Source of the DNA: a bacterium
Lineage (GTDB): Bacteria > Electryoneota > Electryoneia > Electryoneales > Electryoneaceae
Direction: 5' to 3'
Assembly: GCA_963675295.2 (NCBI GenBank)
Contig: CAXXKJ010000002.1
Location: forward strand, 1,248,001-1,312,000
Length of the DNA stretch: 64,000 nt
Within the stretch, counting starts at the first letter, position 1. The number at the start of each line of letters is the position of its first letter. Below the pieces are notes generated by a model. That model saw only the letters and a program-made list of their open reading frames with translations, made no database searches and had not been told where the DNA came from. The translations under genes were made by a program, and so were the position numbers. This document shows, piece after piece, positions 29,542 through 39,452 of this stretch.

Positions 29542-31011
29542 CTAGTGCTTTCCTGAGGTGTTTCCCGCGACAACCTCAAACGGGAAGTCATCCTCACCCA
29601 GCACGACAGTCGAATTGAACCCCGCTTTCATGCGGAAAGTGTAGTGTCCGACGGGTGCGAATCCGGGTACCGCCTGCACAATGGCCGGCACCGTGATCGC
29701 GGTGTTGGGCGTGAACGGCAGCGGCGGAGTCTGAACGATGGGACTGAACACGGTGCCATTCGGAAGCACGGCTTCTGTCCAGATAATTACACCGGCCGGT
29801 TCCGGCAAATGGCTGACCAGCGTGGCTGAATAGGTGAAGCTGCTGGACGGTGTGACGATGACCGGGTCGGTCGCGGGTAGCAGCGTGATGGTAATATCGT
29901 CCGAGGAAACGACCTGAAACCAGATTGCAATGGTGTTGGACGCATTGGAAGCGCCGACCACATCCAATCTGCCGTCGCTGTTAAAATCAGCTGGAAAGAT
30001 CCCGTTGAACTCATCCAGCGAGTCATCGATAATCCAGCTCTCCCAGGTCAGACCATCGCCCGACGCATTTTCCCACCACGTGAATCCGCGTCCCCACTGG
30101 CTGCCAAGGATGTCAAGATCGTTGTCGCCATCCAAGTCAATGATGGACAGCTCATACGCAAACCATGTCTCAGCGACAACATGTGGGACCATGTTCAAGC
30201 CGGATCCGTATACGTTTGCATACCAGGTCAGATCTTCATTTTCGCCAGAACTGATTAGATCTATCGTTCCGTTTGCATCAATATCGCCGGATCGGACTTG
30301 GATAATATCATACATGACGCCAGAGGCAGTGTGCTGTTGCCAATAGGTTTCGTTGATATTCTCCCACCAGAACACATAGGTGTGACCGGCATCGCTTCCC
30401 GCAACATCGACATCACCATCGCTATCGATGTCAGCAGCATCCACGGTATTGATATGCCAATGCAGACCATTTATCAGATGAGTTGTCCAGACTGAACCAT
30501 CTCCATTCTCATTCTCCCACCAGCAAACTTCCCATCCACCAGCGCCGAGAACATCCATGTCGCCGTCACTGTCAATGTCGGAAACGGCGATTTCCCGGAC
30601 ATTGTAGAAATTGTCAACAAGGTGGGGTATCCACGTTGAACCACCATCGGCGACTTCCCACCAGACAATCGTCTCGGTGTCGAGCTTCCAGGTCAGCAGA
30701 TCAGGATCACCGTCGGAATCCATATCGGCGGGAAGCAGATCGGAAGAGGTGACGAAGCTTTCAAGGGTTGCGCGCAAGGTCCAGGATTGGCCTTGACCAT
30801 CTGTGTTTTCCCAATACCTCAGGCCGGCGGTGGTTGATCCACCGACGATGTCGGCATCGCCGTCGCCATCAAAATCGGCGGCGCAGACCCCTGTCGCATC
30901 CGGAAAATTCCCGGTGAGCAGTACTTGTGACCATTGGATCTGTGCGTAGGTGACGCTTGCGTGGCAACAAACGGCAACGACAAACAGGGTCATCATCCTC
31001 GTCGATTTCAT
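29542..31011 (-). CDS. Secreted FG-GAP/VCBS repeat protein with adaptor domain, no sorting tail
   Basis: Seven DxDxDGDxD-type repeats with WWEN; GGAGG RBS before 31011; ends after VPGFAPVGHYTF domain. Confidence 0.85.
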   Translation of the reverse strand: MKSTRMMTLFVVAVCCHASVTYAQIQWSQVLLTGNFPDATGVCAADFDGDGDADIVGGSTTAGLRYWENTDGQGQSWTLRATLESFVTSSDLLPADMDSDGDPDLLTWKLDTETIVWWEVADGGSTWIPHLVDNFYNVREIAVSDIDSDGDMDVLGAGGWEVCWWENENGDGSVWTTHLINGLHWHINTVDAADIDSDGDVDVAGSDAGHTYVFWWENINETYWQQHTASGVMYDIIQVRSGDIDANGTIDLISSGENEDLTWYANVYGSGLNMVPHVVAETWFAYELSIIDLDGDNDLDILGSQWGRGFTWWENASGDGLTWESWIIDDSLDEFNGIFPADFNSDGRLDVVGASNASNTIAIWFQVVSSDDITITLLPATDPVIVTPSSSFTYSATLVSHLPEPAGVIIWTEAVLPNGTVFSPIVQTPPLPFTPNTAITVPAIVQAVPGFAPVGHYTFRMKAGFNSTVVLGEDDFPFEVVAGNTSGKH

Positions 31012-31108
31012 TGTAGCCTCCATTCTCAGGATCATCCCATCAGGGACACACCATTGGATCCAAACTAAGGGTACGATGAAAAACACGAAAAAAGTACTCA
31101 CAACGAAT

Positions 31109-31138
31109 AAAAAGTCCCGACGATTTCGCCGGGACTTG
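31109..31138 (-). terminator. Intrinsic terminator
   Basis: AAGTCCCG...CGGGACTT hairpin with T-tract on minus strand. Confidence 0.7.
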
Positions 31139-31170
31139 AGTTTGCTGAGACTCGCTGTATAAACCAGAGC

Positions 31171-32373
31171 CTACCCATTCCATTTGACCATGAACTCGCC
31201 GATCTGGTCGTAGGCTTTCGCCAGCACATCTTCCGGCGGCAGGAACACGATCCGGAAGTGGCTGGTGCCGGGTACTTGCCCAAAGCCCATGCCGGGCACG
31301 ATCACGACACCGGTTTCGCGGATCAGTGCTTTCGTCCACTCCTCGTCATTCCCCTCGATCTCGAGCTTCGGGTAGGCGTAGAACGCGCCGCCTGGTTTGA
31401 CGCAGGAGATGCCCGGGATCTCGTTCATGCGCTGGTACGTCAGATCACGGCGGCGGTGCAGCTTTTCCATCACGCCGGGCAGGTGGCTCTGGTCGCCGTC
31501 GAGGGCGGCGGGGATGGCGTACTGCAACGGGTGGTTCGCACACAACCGCGCGCGCAGCAGCTTATTGACCGCTTCCACAAACGGTCGCAAAACGTCTTCC
31601 GGGCCGCTGACAATGCCCCACCCGATCCGCCAGCCGGGGCTGATGTAGTTTTTCGCGAGACCGTTGAACGTGACCATCGGCGCGTCCGGATCGAGCGACG
31701 CGATGCTGACGTGCTCGTTGCCATCGAACAGCAGCCGGTCGTAGATCTCGTCCGCGAGGATGATGATGTTGCGTTCCTTCGCGATCTCGATCAACCCTTG
31801 CAGCGTTTCACGCGAACAGTTCGACCCGGTCGGGTTGTTCGGATTGATGATCACGATCGCCTTGGTGCGGTCGTTGATCTTCTCTTTGATGTCCTCAAGG
31901 TGCGGCTGCCAGCCATTTTCCTCGTCGAGGAAGTACGGGTTCTCCTCCGCTTCCAGCTTCGCCATCACGGCGGTGTAGAGCGGATAGCCAGGGGACGGCA
32001 GCAGCACATTGTCGCCACGATTCACCAGGCTGGTCAGCACCAGCTCAATCGCTTCCGAGCCGCCGGTGGTGATGAAGATGTCGCGGATGTTCCGGATACC
32101 CTTGGACGCGGCGTAGCGTTCAATCGACTCCAGCGCCGGCTTCACGCCCGAGCTCGGGCTGTAGCCGCACTGGTTCTCGTTCATCGCCTTGATCGCGGCG
32201 TCGATCATCGGCTGCGGGGTGGTGAAATCGTACTGGTTCGGATCACCGATGTTGAGGTACAGCATCTCTTTCCCGGTCTTGCGGGTCTCATCGGCAACGA
32301 CGACGATATCACGGACGGCGTACTTGATATGCTCGGTACGCAGGGCGGGCTCAATCACATGCTTCTCTGGCAT
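31171..32373 (-). CDS. PLP-dependent aminotransferase class I/II (AlaA-like)
   Basis: LNIGDP, INPNNPTGS, ADEIYD, NGLAKNY-PGWRIGW. Confidence 0.92.
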   Translation of the reverse strand: MPEKHVIEPALRTEHIKYAVRDIVVVADETRKTGKEMLYLNIGDPNQYDFTTPQPMIDAAIKAMNENQCGYSPSSGVKPALESIERYAASKGIRNIRDIFITTGGSEAIELVLTSLVNRGDNVLLPSPGYPLYTAVMAKLEAEENPYFLDEENGWQPHLEDIKEKINDRTKAIVIINPNNPTGSNCSRETLQGLIEIAKERNIIILADEIYDRLLFDGNEHVSIASLDPDAPMVTFNGLAKNYISPGWRIGWGIVSGPEDVLRPFVEAVNKLLRARLCANHPLQYAIPAALDGDQSHLPGVMEKLHRRRDLTYQRMNEIPGISCVKPGGAFYAYPKLEIEGNDEEWTKALIRETGVVIVPGMGFGQVPGTSHFRIVFLPPEDVLAKAYDQIGEFMVKWNG

Positions 32374-32481
32374 CGGACAGCTCTCCGCTTCACTGGTAAT
32401 CAACGTGGAATGTGAAGGTACGAACAAGCGCTGGATCGGTCCAGAGCGGAGGAGCTGCGTGACTGGTGGAAATCGTTGCAG

Positions 32482-32516
32482 AAAAAACCGCCCATCCCGG
32501 GGGGAGATGGACGGTT
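32482..32516 (-). terminator. Intrinsic terminator
   Basis: AACCGCCCATC...GATGGACGGTT hairpin with T-tract on minus strand. Confidence 0.7.
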
Positions 32517-32574
32517 GAACCGTCAAGTGAACCGTCTTATTTCAAGCAAACCGTCTTGCCTTCACGTCCTGCGA

Positions 32575-34389
32575 TTACTGTACCGTAACCACCGGGCAGT
32601 TCACGAACGCGACACCCATGTCGAGGATATTCGCCATCAGCGCGCTGTCCAGATCCATCACGTCCGCGAAGTCAGCGTTGTCATACGGCGACACCGACCA
32701 CAGCGGGGAATAGGCTTCATCCATCGGGACAGTCGCGATCACGTTATGTGTCTGGGACGAACCCATCTCGGTCTTGAAACCGGAAGCCGGGCCACCATCC
32801 GGCTGATCCGGATTGATGTTGAAGCAGACATAGATCGGGGACAGCGGGACCATGTCACTACCTGTCGGCGCGAGATCCTTCTCTGCGAAGTTGAAGTAGT
32901 AAACCACCTGGTCCTTGTACCAACCACGGGTCAGGCCGTTGTCTTCACCACCGTAACGCTTTGAGGCGGTGCTGCCATCCGGCACGATCGGGCAATTCAC
33001 CAACACACCAGCTTCTTCGATCTCGTAGCCGCCGTCCATGATCTGGTCGTAGCTGTGGATCGTGTTCGCCAGGTAGTTGGCGGGGACGGTGACAAAATGC
33101 ACGTCCCAGAAGTCGTTGTAGCCATCATCACCGGGGATGACGTCGACGATGTTCAACTGGCCTTCGACCGGGTCGGATTCGCCTTCACGGAACAAGACAT
33201 AAATCGGAGCCGGGGTGGTGGACTGAACGTCAAAGTTGTAGTACTCGACCATCTGGCCGTCCGGGCCGAGACCCTGGGTGATGAACGGTTCGTTGTCAAA
33301 GTTGATCGGCTCGTTCGCTTCCGGCAGACCGTTCGACGCATCACGCACCATCAGCATGCCGGTGCCTTCGGCGAAACGGTCAATGCTCGCCTTCGGGGCG
33401 TCATCCGGATCCATCGGCAGGTTGCCAGCCGGTTCCACCGACACGACCGGGCAGTTGACCGTGGCGACACCCATGTCGAGGACGTTCGCCATCGAGGCGC
33501 TCATCAGGTTGTAGACGTCGTTGAAGTCAGCGTTGTCGTAGGGATTGACCGACCACAGCGGGGAGTAGGACGCGTCTTCCGGCAGGGTCGCGATCACGTT
33601 GTGCGTCTGCGCCGTACCCATCTCGGTCATGAAACCGGAGGCCGGGCCACCATCCGGCTGATCCGGATTGATATTGAAGCTGACATAGATCGGGGACAGC
33701 GGGACCATGTCGCTACCGGTCGGCATCAGGTCCTTCTCGGCGAAGTTGAAGTAGTAGACCACCTGGTCCTTGTACCAGCCACGGGTGAGGCCGCTGTCGC
33801 CACCGTTGTAACGCTTGGACGCCGTGCTGCCCATCGGAACCACCGGGCAGTTCACAAGCACGCCGGCCTCGTCGATCTCGTAGCCAGCTTCCATGATCTG
33901 GTCGTAGCTGTGGACTGTGTTGGCGACGTAATCCGCTTCCACCGTGACGAAATGGACATCCCAGAAGTCGTTGTAGCCATCGTCGCCCGGGATGACGTCA
34001 ATGATGTTCAGCTGGCCTGCGACCGGTTCCATCTCGCCTTCACGAATCAGAACGAAGATCGGAGCCGGGGTGGTCGGCTGCACGTCAAAGTTGTAATACT
34101 CAACCATCTCACCATTCGGGCCGAGACCTTGGGTGATGAACGGTTCGCCGCTGTCAAAATTGATCGGCTCGTCTGCTTCCGGCAGGCCGTTCGATCCGTC
34201 ACGCACCATCAGCATGCCGGCGTCGGCGCTGAAACGGTCAACGCTGACCACCGGTGCATCGTCCGGGTTCAAGCCTTCCGTTTCGCTCGGGCCGGTCATC
34301 GAATCATCATTGTCTTCAGAACAACCCAGGGAAATCGCCATCACGACGATAAGCGCAAGTAACAGAGTAAGTCGGAGTGTACTCTTCAT
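32575..34389 (-). CDS. Lipoprotein made of two near-identical ~280-aa modules
   Basis: Lipobox SLG-C; duplicated YNDFWDVHFVTV, YSPLWSV; four VNCP(V/I)V motifs. Confidence 0.85.
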   Translation of the reverse strand: MKSTLRLTLLLALIVVMAISLGCSEDNDDSMTGPSETEGLNPDDAPVVSVDRFSADAGMLMVRDGSNGLPEADEPINFDSGEPFITQGLGPNGEMVEYYNFDVQPTTPAPIFVLIREGEMEPVAGQLNIIDVIPGDDGYNDFWDVHFVTVEADYVANTVHSYDQIMEAGYEIDEAGVLVNCPVVPMGSTASKRYNGGDSGLTRGWYKDQVVYYFNFAEKDLMPTGSDMVPLSPIYVSFNINPDQPDGGPASGFMTEMGTAQTHNVIATLPEDASYSPLWSVNPYDNADFNDVYNLMSASMANVLDMGVATVNCPVVSVEPAGNLPMDPDDAPKASIDRFAEGTGMLMVRDASNGLPEANEPINFDNEPFITQGLGPDGQMVEYYNFDVQSTTPAPIYVLFREGESDPVEGQLNIVDVIPGDDGYNDFWDVHFVTVPANYLANTIHSYDQIMDGGYEIEEAGVLVNCPIVPDGSTASKRYGGEDNGLTRGWYKDQVVYYFNFAEKDLAPTGSDMVPLSPIYVCFNINPDQPDGGPASGFKTEMGSSQTHNVIATVPMDEAYSPLWSVSPYDNADFADVMDLDSALMANILDMGVAFVNCPVVTVQ

Positions 34390-34657
34390 GGTTTCCTCGT
34401 CTCTTTCTTTCTCTTCTCAGCAGTTGTTGTGTAGGCCGCTCGATGCAGCCTGGTAAAAACCGTCATTCAACCGTGGTCAGAACACCTCCTGTCTTGCGCG
34501 ATCTTTTTGTCGTAATGCTTTCGAATATGACTTGTTTTGATACAACATTCGTCTTGCCTTCCATCGCATCCAGTCCTGCTTCTGACACCCACACAAGCCG
34601 ATGGCACCGGCAAAGTGCTTCAAAAAGTGTCAATTTGTTAAACTCGCCTAACAATTT

Positions 34658-34673
34658 TGCAAACGCGGTGCCG
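34658..34673 (-). promoter_or_regulatory. Sigma54 (-24/-12) promoter candidate
   Basis: Minus strand CGGCAC-CGCGT-TTGCA with exact spacing, upstream of the 34389 lipoprotein. Confidence 0.55.
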
Positions 34674-34840
34674 GAATCCTGAAAAGAGAGTAATCTTGTG
34701 TCTCTAGTATAAGTATTCGGCGTTAGCGTGGGCTGGAGAGATCGGGCAACTGGACACTATTTCATTCGTTTACCCGGAGATGAGGAGTATTCGGGTTCAT
34801 GCTCTCGCACACTGTCTCAAGAAAATCTCGGAACATGGAC

Positions 34841-34875
34841 AAAAAAAACCGTTTCCGGAAAATCCGAAAACGGTT
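34841..34875 (-). terminator. Intrinsic terminator
   Basis: AACCGTTT...AAACGGTT hairpin with T8 on minus strand. Confidence 0.7.
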
Positions 34876-34906
34876 AAGTGTTGCGGGACTGAATCACGGT
34901 TCATGT

Positions 34907-37435
34907 CTACTTCACCAGCATCAGCTTCCGCACCTCGTTGAGCTGACCCGGCACAGTCGCCTGCACGAAATAGATCCCGCTGGACAGCTTCGACCCATCA
35001 AACGAGAACGCGTGCGATCCGGCGGTGACTGACCCACCGTCAGCCAGCGTCACGACCGTCCGCCCCTGAATGTCGAACACGCGCACTGTCAGCGGCGCGG
35101 TTTCGGGCAGCGTCACGTTGATCGTCGTCGTCGGATTGAACGGATTGGGGTACGGCTGGCTAAGTTCAAACTCCCCCGGCAATCGTGAATCAGCCACAGC
35201 GTTGGCACTGGCAAAGTCATCTGTGGATATCCACTCTGACGGGTTGAAGACATAGCTTCGTGCCTCTATTGTTCCTCCCTTATGGAAGACAAAGCTGCTC
35301 GATTCCTGAAGGTTCGGGTCGGTTTGATAGCCCACGAATCCCCGGAACTGATAGTACCCCGGCGGCGCACCGGCTGGAACCGTCAACTGTTGCCCGATCG
35401 CGGTGATCTCTTCGAACGGTTGCAGGTTGAATACAACCTGGGAGGCTAATTCGTGGATTGACCCGTCCGGCAGCTCAACCTCACACCAGTACCTCACATT
35501 CGGCATCATACTCGGCAGGTTGGATTCCAGATGGACGTCATACACGAGCGTTCCGCCTCCGACGGGAATTTCCGTTTGCACGGGTGCATAGGTCAGGACC
35601 ACCGGCGGCACCGACATGGTGACCGTGACGTCATCTACCGCCCACGCATGGAATCGTCCCTCCCCGGTACCGTCGAATCCAATCCACATCGAATCCGCAT
35701 CTGTGACAAAGTCGGTCAGGTCGAAATGCTGAAATTCCATTCCACCATCTACGTATGTACGGACCGTGTTCCACGTTTGCAGTGAATCGGTGGACACCAG
35801 CAGTGAAACCGTACTCCTGTTTGACTGCCGGAACACATGCTGGAAGGAAAGTTCCACGCGCGTATTTTGGATCACGCGGATCGCTGGAGAGGCCGCGATG
35901 CCCAGGAAGTCGTCGTATTCTTCCTCCGCTTCCTCGGGGTAGTGGTAGCCGATGAACAGGTTTCGCGCGGGCAACATAGGCGAATACGTCGCGCCCCAAG
36001 TCCCGATATTCGGACCGCTGACGACATATTGCTCAATCGTCCAGCTGTCCGGAAATCCTGATTCGAACTCTTCCAGTAGCACAACATCGTCCGGATCGGT
36101 AAAGTGAACCGTAGCGGGATATGAAGGTTTGACCGGCCCACCGTCCGGCGGTGCTGACAGGATGGTGTATTCATAGATTCCGTGGACCGTAACGTGGTCG
36201 ACATGCGCTGTGTTGCTGGTTACAGTGATCGGGATCCCGTTGCGGCGGACAACGAACTGGTCCGATCCCAGTCCGTTCCACGCCAGGTGTACCCAGCCCC
36301 ACGGGTCCACGTCGGCGCTCAGCCCCATTCCCGGCCGGTATTCCGGATTCTCCCACCAGGATAACGTATACAGGTAGTGATTTCGTGCAACACGTACCAC
36401 CCCGGCAAGATCGATGTCGCCATCTCCGTCCAGGTCACCTGCGGTAAGAATGCCGTAAGCAGTCTCTGTGTTCATGATGTACCGAACGTCATCGTAGTCC
36501 GGGTTCGGCAAGGGAAGCCATCCGATACTGCCGGGAGCATGCGTCATGAAAACCAGTTCGTCCTGATTGTCGCCGTTCAGATCCAGAATCAGCATCACTT
36601 CAGGCAGATAATGGTGGACCAGGTCTTCTTCTTCCCACGTGTTACCATTGTACGTAAAGCTGTGAATTGCACGAAGATCTATCAGGCTAAGCAGTACATG
36701 AAATCCGTTCTCATCCTCATAAGTGACCAGACATGCTATCGTACCCTGGTTGTAAATCAGCTGGGGCTCGGTGAAGACCATGTCGCCGGTGTTTTCCATC
36801 CAGTAGAAGCTGTACCCCGTAAAGATCTGGTAGGCATAGTAAACGATATCCATATCACCATCACCATCGACATCGCCGGCTTCTGTGCTGTGATTCGTAC
36901 TCATTCCAGGCAACAGGTGCGAGGTGTAGGTTCCATCCAGATTGTTTTCGTACCAGTACACATCGTCCCCGTAGTCCGAAATGATATCGTTGTCACCGTC
37001 CCCATCCAGGTCGAACACACGATTCCATCTACTTTCCGGTATGTTTTCTACCACGGGTACGATTAAAAACCCACCGGACGGTTGGATGATGTAGACGACG
37101 AGATCGTGCTCGAATGTGAACACGATATCCTGAACACCATCTCCGTCCATGTCCGCAATCGAAATGTTCTCCAGGTTGCCATAAGGGGGATTGGTCTGTT
37201 CAAGCTGGAAGGAGCCTGTGCCATCGTTCCGGTGCCAATAGATATAGGGGTAGTTGTGGTGGCTCCGGACGAGGTCGAGATCTCCATCGAGATCGAAATC
37301 CACGCATTCGAGATCATCGGTAAGTGCGTCGCGATTCAGTTCGTGCCATTGCCAGTCGGCTTCGTACGAGGCGTACGCTGGAAGGGTACAGAGCAGCGTT
37401 GTCATCAGTAGAAAGGTCAGAACGTAGCGCTTCAT
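34907..37435 (-). CDS. Secreted FG-GAP repeat + Fn3-like + jelly-roll-like + adaptor + sorting-domain protein
   Basis: DxDGDGDxD repeats, RRNG..YEY, LEEFESGFP...WAVDDV, PYPNPFN...KLMLVK. Confidence 0.85.
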   Translation of the reverse strand: MKRYVLTFLLMTTLLCTLPAYASYEADWQWHELNRDALTDDLECVDFDLDGDLDLVRSHHNYPYIYWHRNDGTGSFQLEQTNPPYGNLENISIADMDGDGVQDIVFTFEHDLVVYIIQPSGGFLIVPVVENIPESRWNRVFDLDGDGDNDIISDYGDDVYWYENNLDGTYTSHLLPGMSTNHSTEAGDVDGDGDMDIVYYAYQIFTGYSFYWMENTGDMVFTEPQLIYNQGTIACLVTYEDENGFHVLLSLIDLRAIHSFTYNGNTWEEEDLVHHYLPEVMLILDLNGDNQDELVFMTHAPGSIGWLPLPNPDYDDVRYIMNTETAYGILTAGDLDGDGDIDLAGVVRVARNHYLYTLSWWENPEYRPGMGLSADVDPWGWVHLAWNGLGSDQFVVRRNGIPITVTSNTAHVDHVTVHGIYEYTILSAPPDGGPVKPSYPATVHFTDPDDVVLLEEFESGFPDSWTIEQYVVSGPNIGTWGATYSPMLPARNLFIGYHYPEEAEEEYDDFLGIAASPAIRVIQNTRVELSFQHVFRQSNRSTVSLLVSTDSLQTWNTVRTYVDGGMEFQHFDLTDFVTDADSMWIGFDGTGEGRFHAWAVDDVTVTMSVPPVVLTYAPVQTEIPVGGGTLVYDVHLESNLPSMMPNVRYWCEVELPDGSIHELASQVVFNLQPFEEITAIGQQLTVPAGAPPGYYQFRGFVGYQTDPNLQESSSFVFHKGGTIEARSYVFNPSEWISTDDFASANAVADSRLPGEFELSQPYPNPFNPTTTINVTLPETAPLTVRVFDIQGRTVVTLADGGSVTAGSHAFSFDGSKLSSGIYFVQATVPGQLNEVRKLMLVK

Positions 37436-37658
37436 GAAAGCCCCCAACGGATAATTGCAGACAGCCCGGCAGTTTGAGTCATACGCCGGAAATAACGTAC
37501 ATCTGTAGAATTCAGACTTCAAGACAAGTCACCTGGTATTGCGAAGCCCTTCACATGATCACCCATGACGACCGGCATGCTGAAGGACATCGCGCGTCGT
37601 TTCGAATTACCATTTCCATAATGCAAAGCCAGATCCTCAACCTAGCGATCGCCACCTT

Positions 37659-39401
37659 CTACTTCACCAGCATCAGCTTCCGGACTTCGTTGAGCTGACC
37701 CGGCACAGTCGCCTGCACGAAGTAGATCCCGCTGGAAAGATTCGACCCATCAAACGAAAACGCGTGCGATCCGGCGGTGACTGACCCACCGTCAGCCAGC
37801 GTCGAGACCGTCCGGCCCTGGATGTCGAATACGCGCACGGTCAACGCAGCCGTTTCCGGCAGCGTCACCGATATCGTTGTCGACGCGTTGAATGGGTTGG
37901 GGTAGGGATCCATAAGCATGATGCTGTCCGGCTGTGGTGGGTGGTTTCCATCTTCCACGCTTAAAAAGTTGCCGGTGGCAGCCTTGACAAATGTTTGGAA
38001 GCTTTTGCTGAGCAACGAGCCGTTCTCGTCGAAAGCACGCAGGATCAAGGCGTACTGCCCAGCAGGAAGCAAGCCGGGGATGTGCTGTTGCAGCTGCGGC
38101 AGAATGAGTGGTTCCTGAGGTTGCAGGACACGCGGTCTTTCCCAAAGCAGATTTTCTGCCCCATTGGGCATTTCAAGCGACATCTGGAACACGATCTCAG
38201 AGGCTTCGTCAAGAGCGTTCCCTGTCAGTGTGCGATAATGGATAACTCCGCCTTGGGCGGAAACTTGCCGGGGTGCGTCGTAGATCCACATCCCGACGCG
38301 GACAGGCAGGTGAGTGTTTCCATTCTCGACCCGTGTCACCAGCAGTTCGTCCTCGTTCTGCAGGTTTTCACGGTATCCAATGCACAGGGTGCTTCCATCC
38401 AGCAGTGCGACAGCACGGGTATAGCGTCCATCCCCGTTCTCCAGCACATCGACTTCCTGACCAGTCGCTGAAACTTCCACGATGAGTTCGTCATACGAAT
38501 AGTCATTCTGAATCCAACGATAGCCGGCGCAAATATAACCAGGAATTGCATTCATATCGGCCAACCCGAAAAACTGTTCATAGTCGAACGGTGTCCCGTT
38601 CTCACCTAGTTGAACCTGCCAGTTTGTTGGTGGGCCGCTGTATCTTAGGTATGAGCGGTTATTTGTGAAGGAGAGAATGGCGTTTTCGTCGGGTGCGATC
38701 ATTCCCAGAGAGCCGGTGAAATACAAGTCTTGTGGGAAGAAGTGCCCGGCTGCAGTAAACCTCCGGCCGTAGTGCGTGAATTGTGAATAGTTACTGGCTT
38801 CAATCCCTGCAAAATATCGTCCATCATGCAGCCGGCCGATGAAGTACAGATGGGTTCCGTCGTAGTCGTAGGGAGGGGAAAAATCATGTGACCAGCTGAT
38901 AGTCTGATCGGCATTCAGCTTGATGATATCAGTATCGTACCCTCCGCAGAACATGACGGAATTGTCCGGTTCCTGGGCGGAAACACGGTAGATATACTGG
39001 TTGTCTGGCCGCTGAAAGCTGAGCGTTTCCGTGATATCACCGGTGTGATCAAGCCTGTTCACGATGTATTGGTTGTCTGAGTAATAAACGATCAGAGCGC
39101 CGCCCGATACTGTCCCAGCCACGGCATCTTGAACAGGAGCTGTTAATGGTGGTTCAAGCCGTTCCGTGGAGACGATATCCCCGCTGTGATTGAGCACCAT
39201 TTTGTGCATGTACAAGCTGTTATTGGTTGCCTCAGCGGCGTAACAGACGAGAATGTTTCCGCTTGCCAGCTCCAGCGTCTTTGGATACAGGGACGCGGTC
39301 GGCTCGACAGTGTACAGGTTCTCCCAAATGATACTTAGTTCGGCAGTTGCCGACGACGCCAGGACGCAAGACAAAAACAGGATGAAAAAGATGTTCTTCA
39401 T
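37659..39401 (-). CDS. Secreted protein with adaptor and C-terminal sorting domain (distant relative of 24704)
   Basis: Signal peptide; IPGLLPAGQY; PYPNPFN...KLMLVK; GAAGGA RBS. Confidence 0.85.
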   Translation of the reverse strand: MKNIFFILFLSCVLASSATAELSIIWENLYTVEPTASLYPKTLELASGNILVCYAAEATNNSLYMHKMVLNHSGDIVSTERLEPPLTAPVQDAVAGTVSGGALIVYYSDNQYIVNRLDHTGDITETLSFQRPDNQYIYRVSAQEPDNSVMFCGGYDTDIIKLNADQTISWSHDFSPPYDYDGTHLYFIGRLHDGRYFAGIEASNYSQFTHYGRRFTAAGHFFPQDLYFTGSLGMIAPDENAILSFTNNRSYLRYSGPPTNWQVQLGENGTPFDYEQFFGLADMNAIPGYICAGYRWIQNDYSYDELIVEVSATGQEVDVLENGDGRYTRAVALLDGSTLCIGYRENLQNEDELLVTRVENGNTHLPVRVGMWIYDAPRQVSAQGGVIHYRTLTGNALDEASEIVFQMSLEMPNGAENLLWERPRVLQPQEPLILPQLQQHIPGLLPAGQYALILRAFDENGSLLSKSFQTFVKAATGNFLSVEDGNHPPQPDSIMLMDPYPNPFNASTTISVTLPETAALTVRVFDIQGRTVSTLADGGSVTAGSHAFSFDGSNLSSGIYFVQATVPGQLNEVRKLMLVK

Positions 39402-39452
39402 GACACATTCCTTCACGGGTGATTTAAGGTTTGTATTCAGAACTCATGTCGT

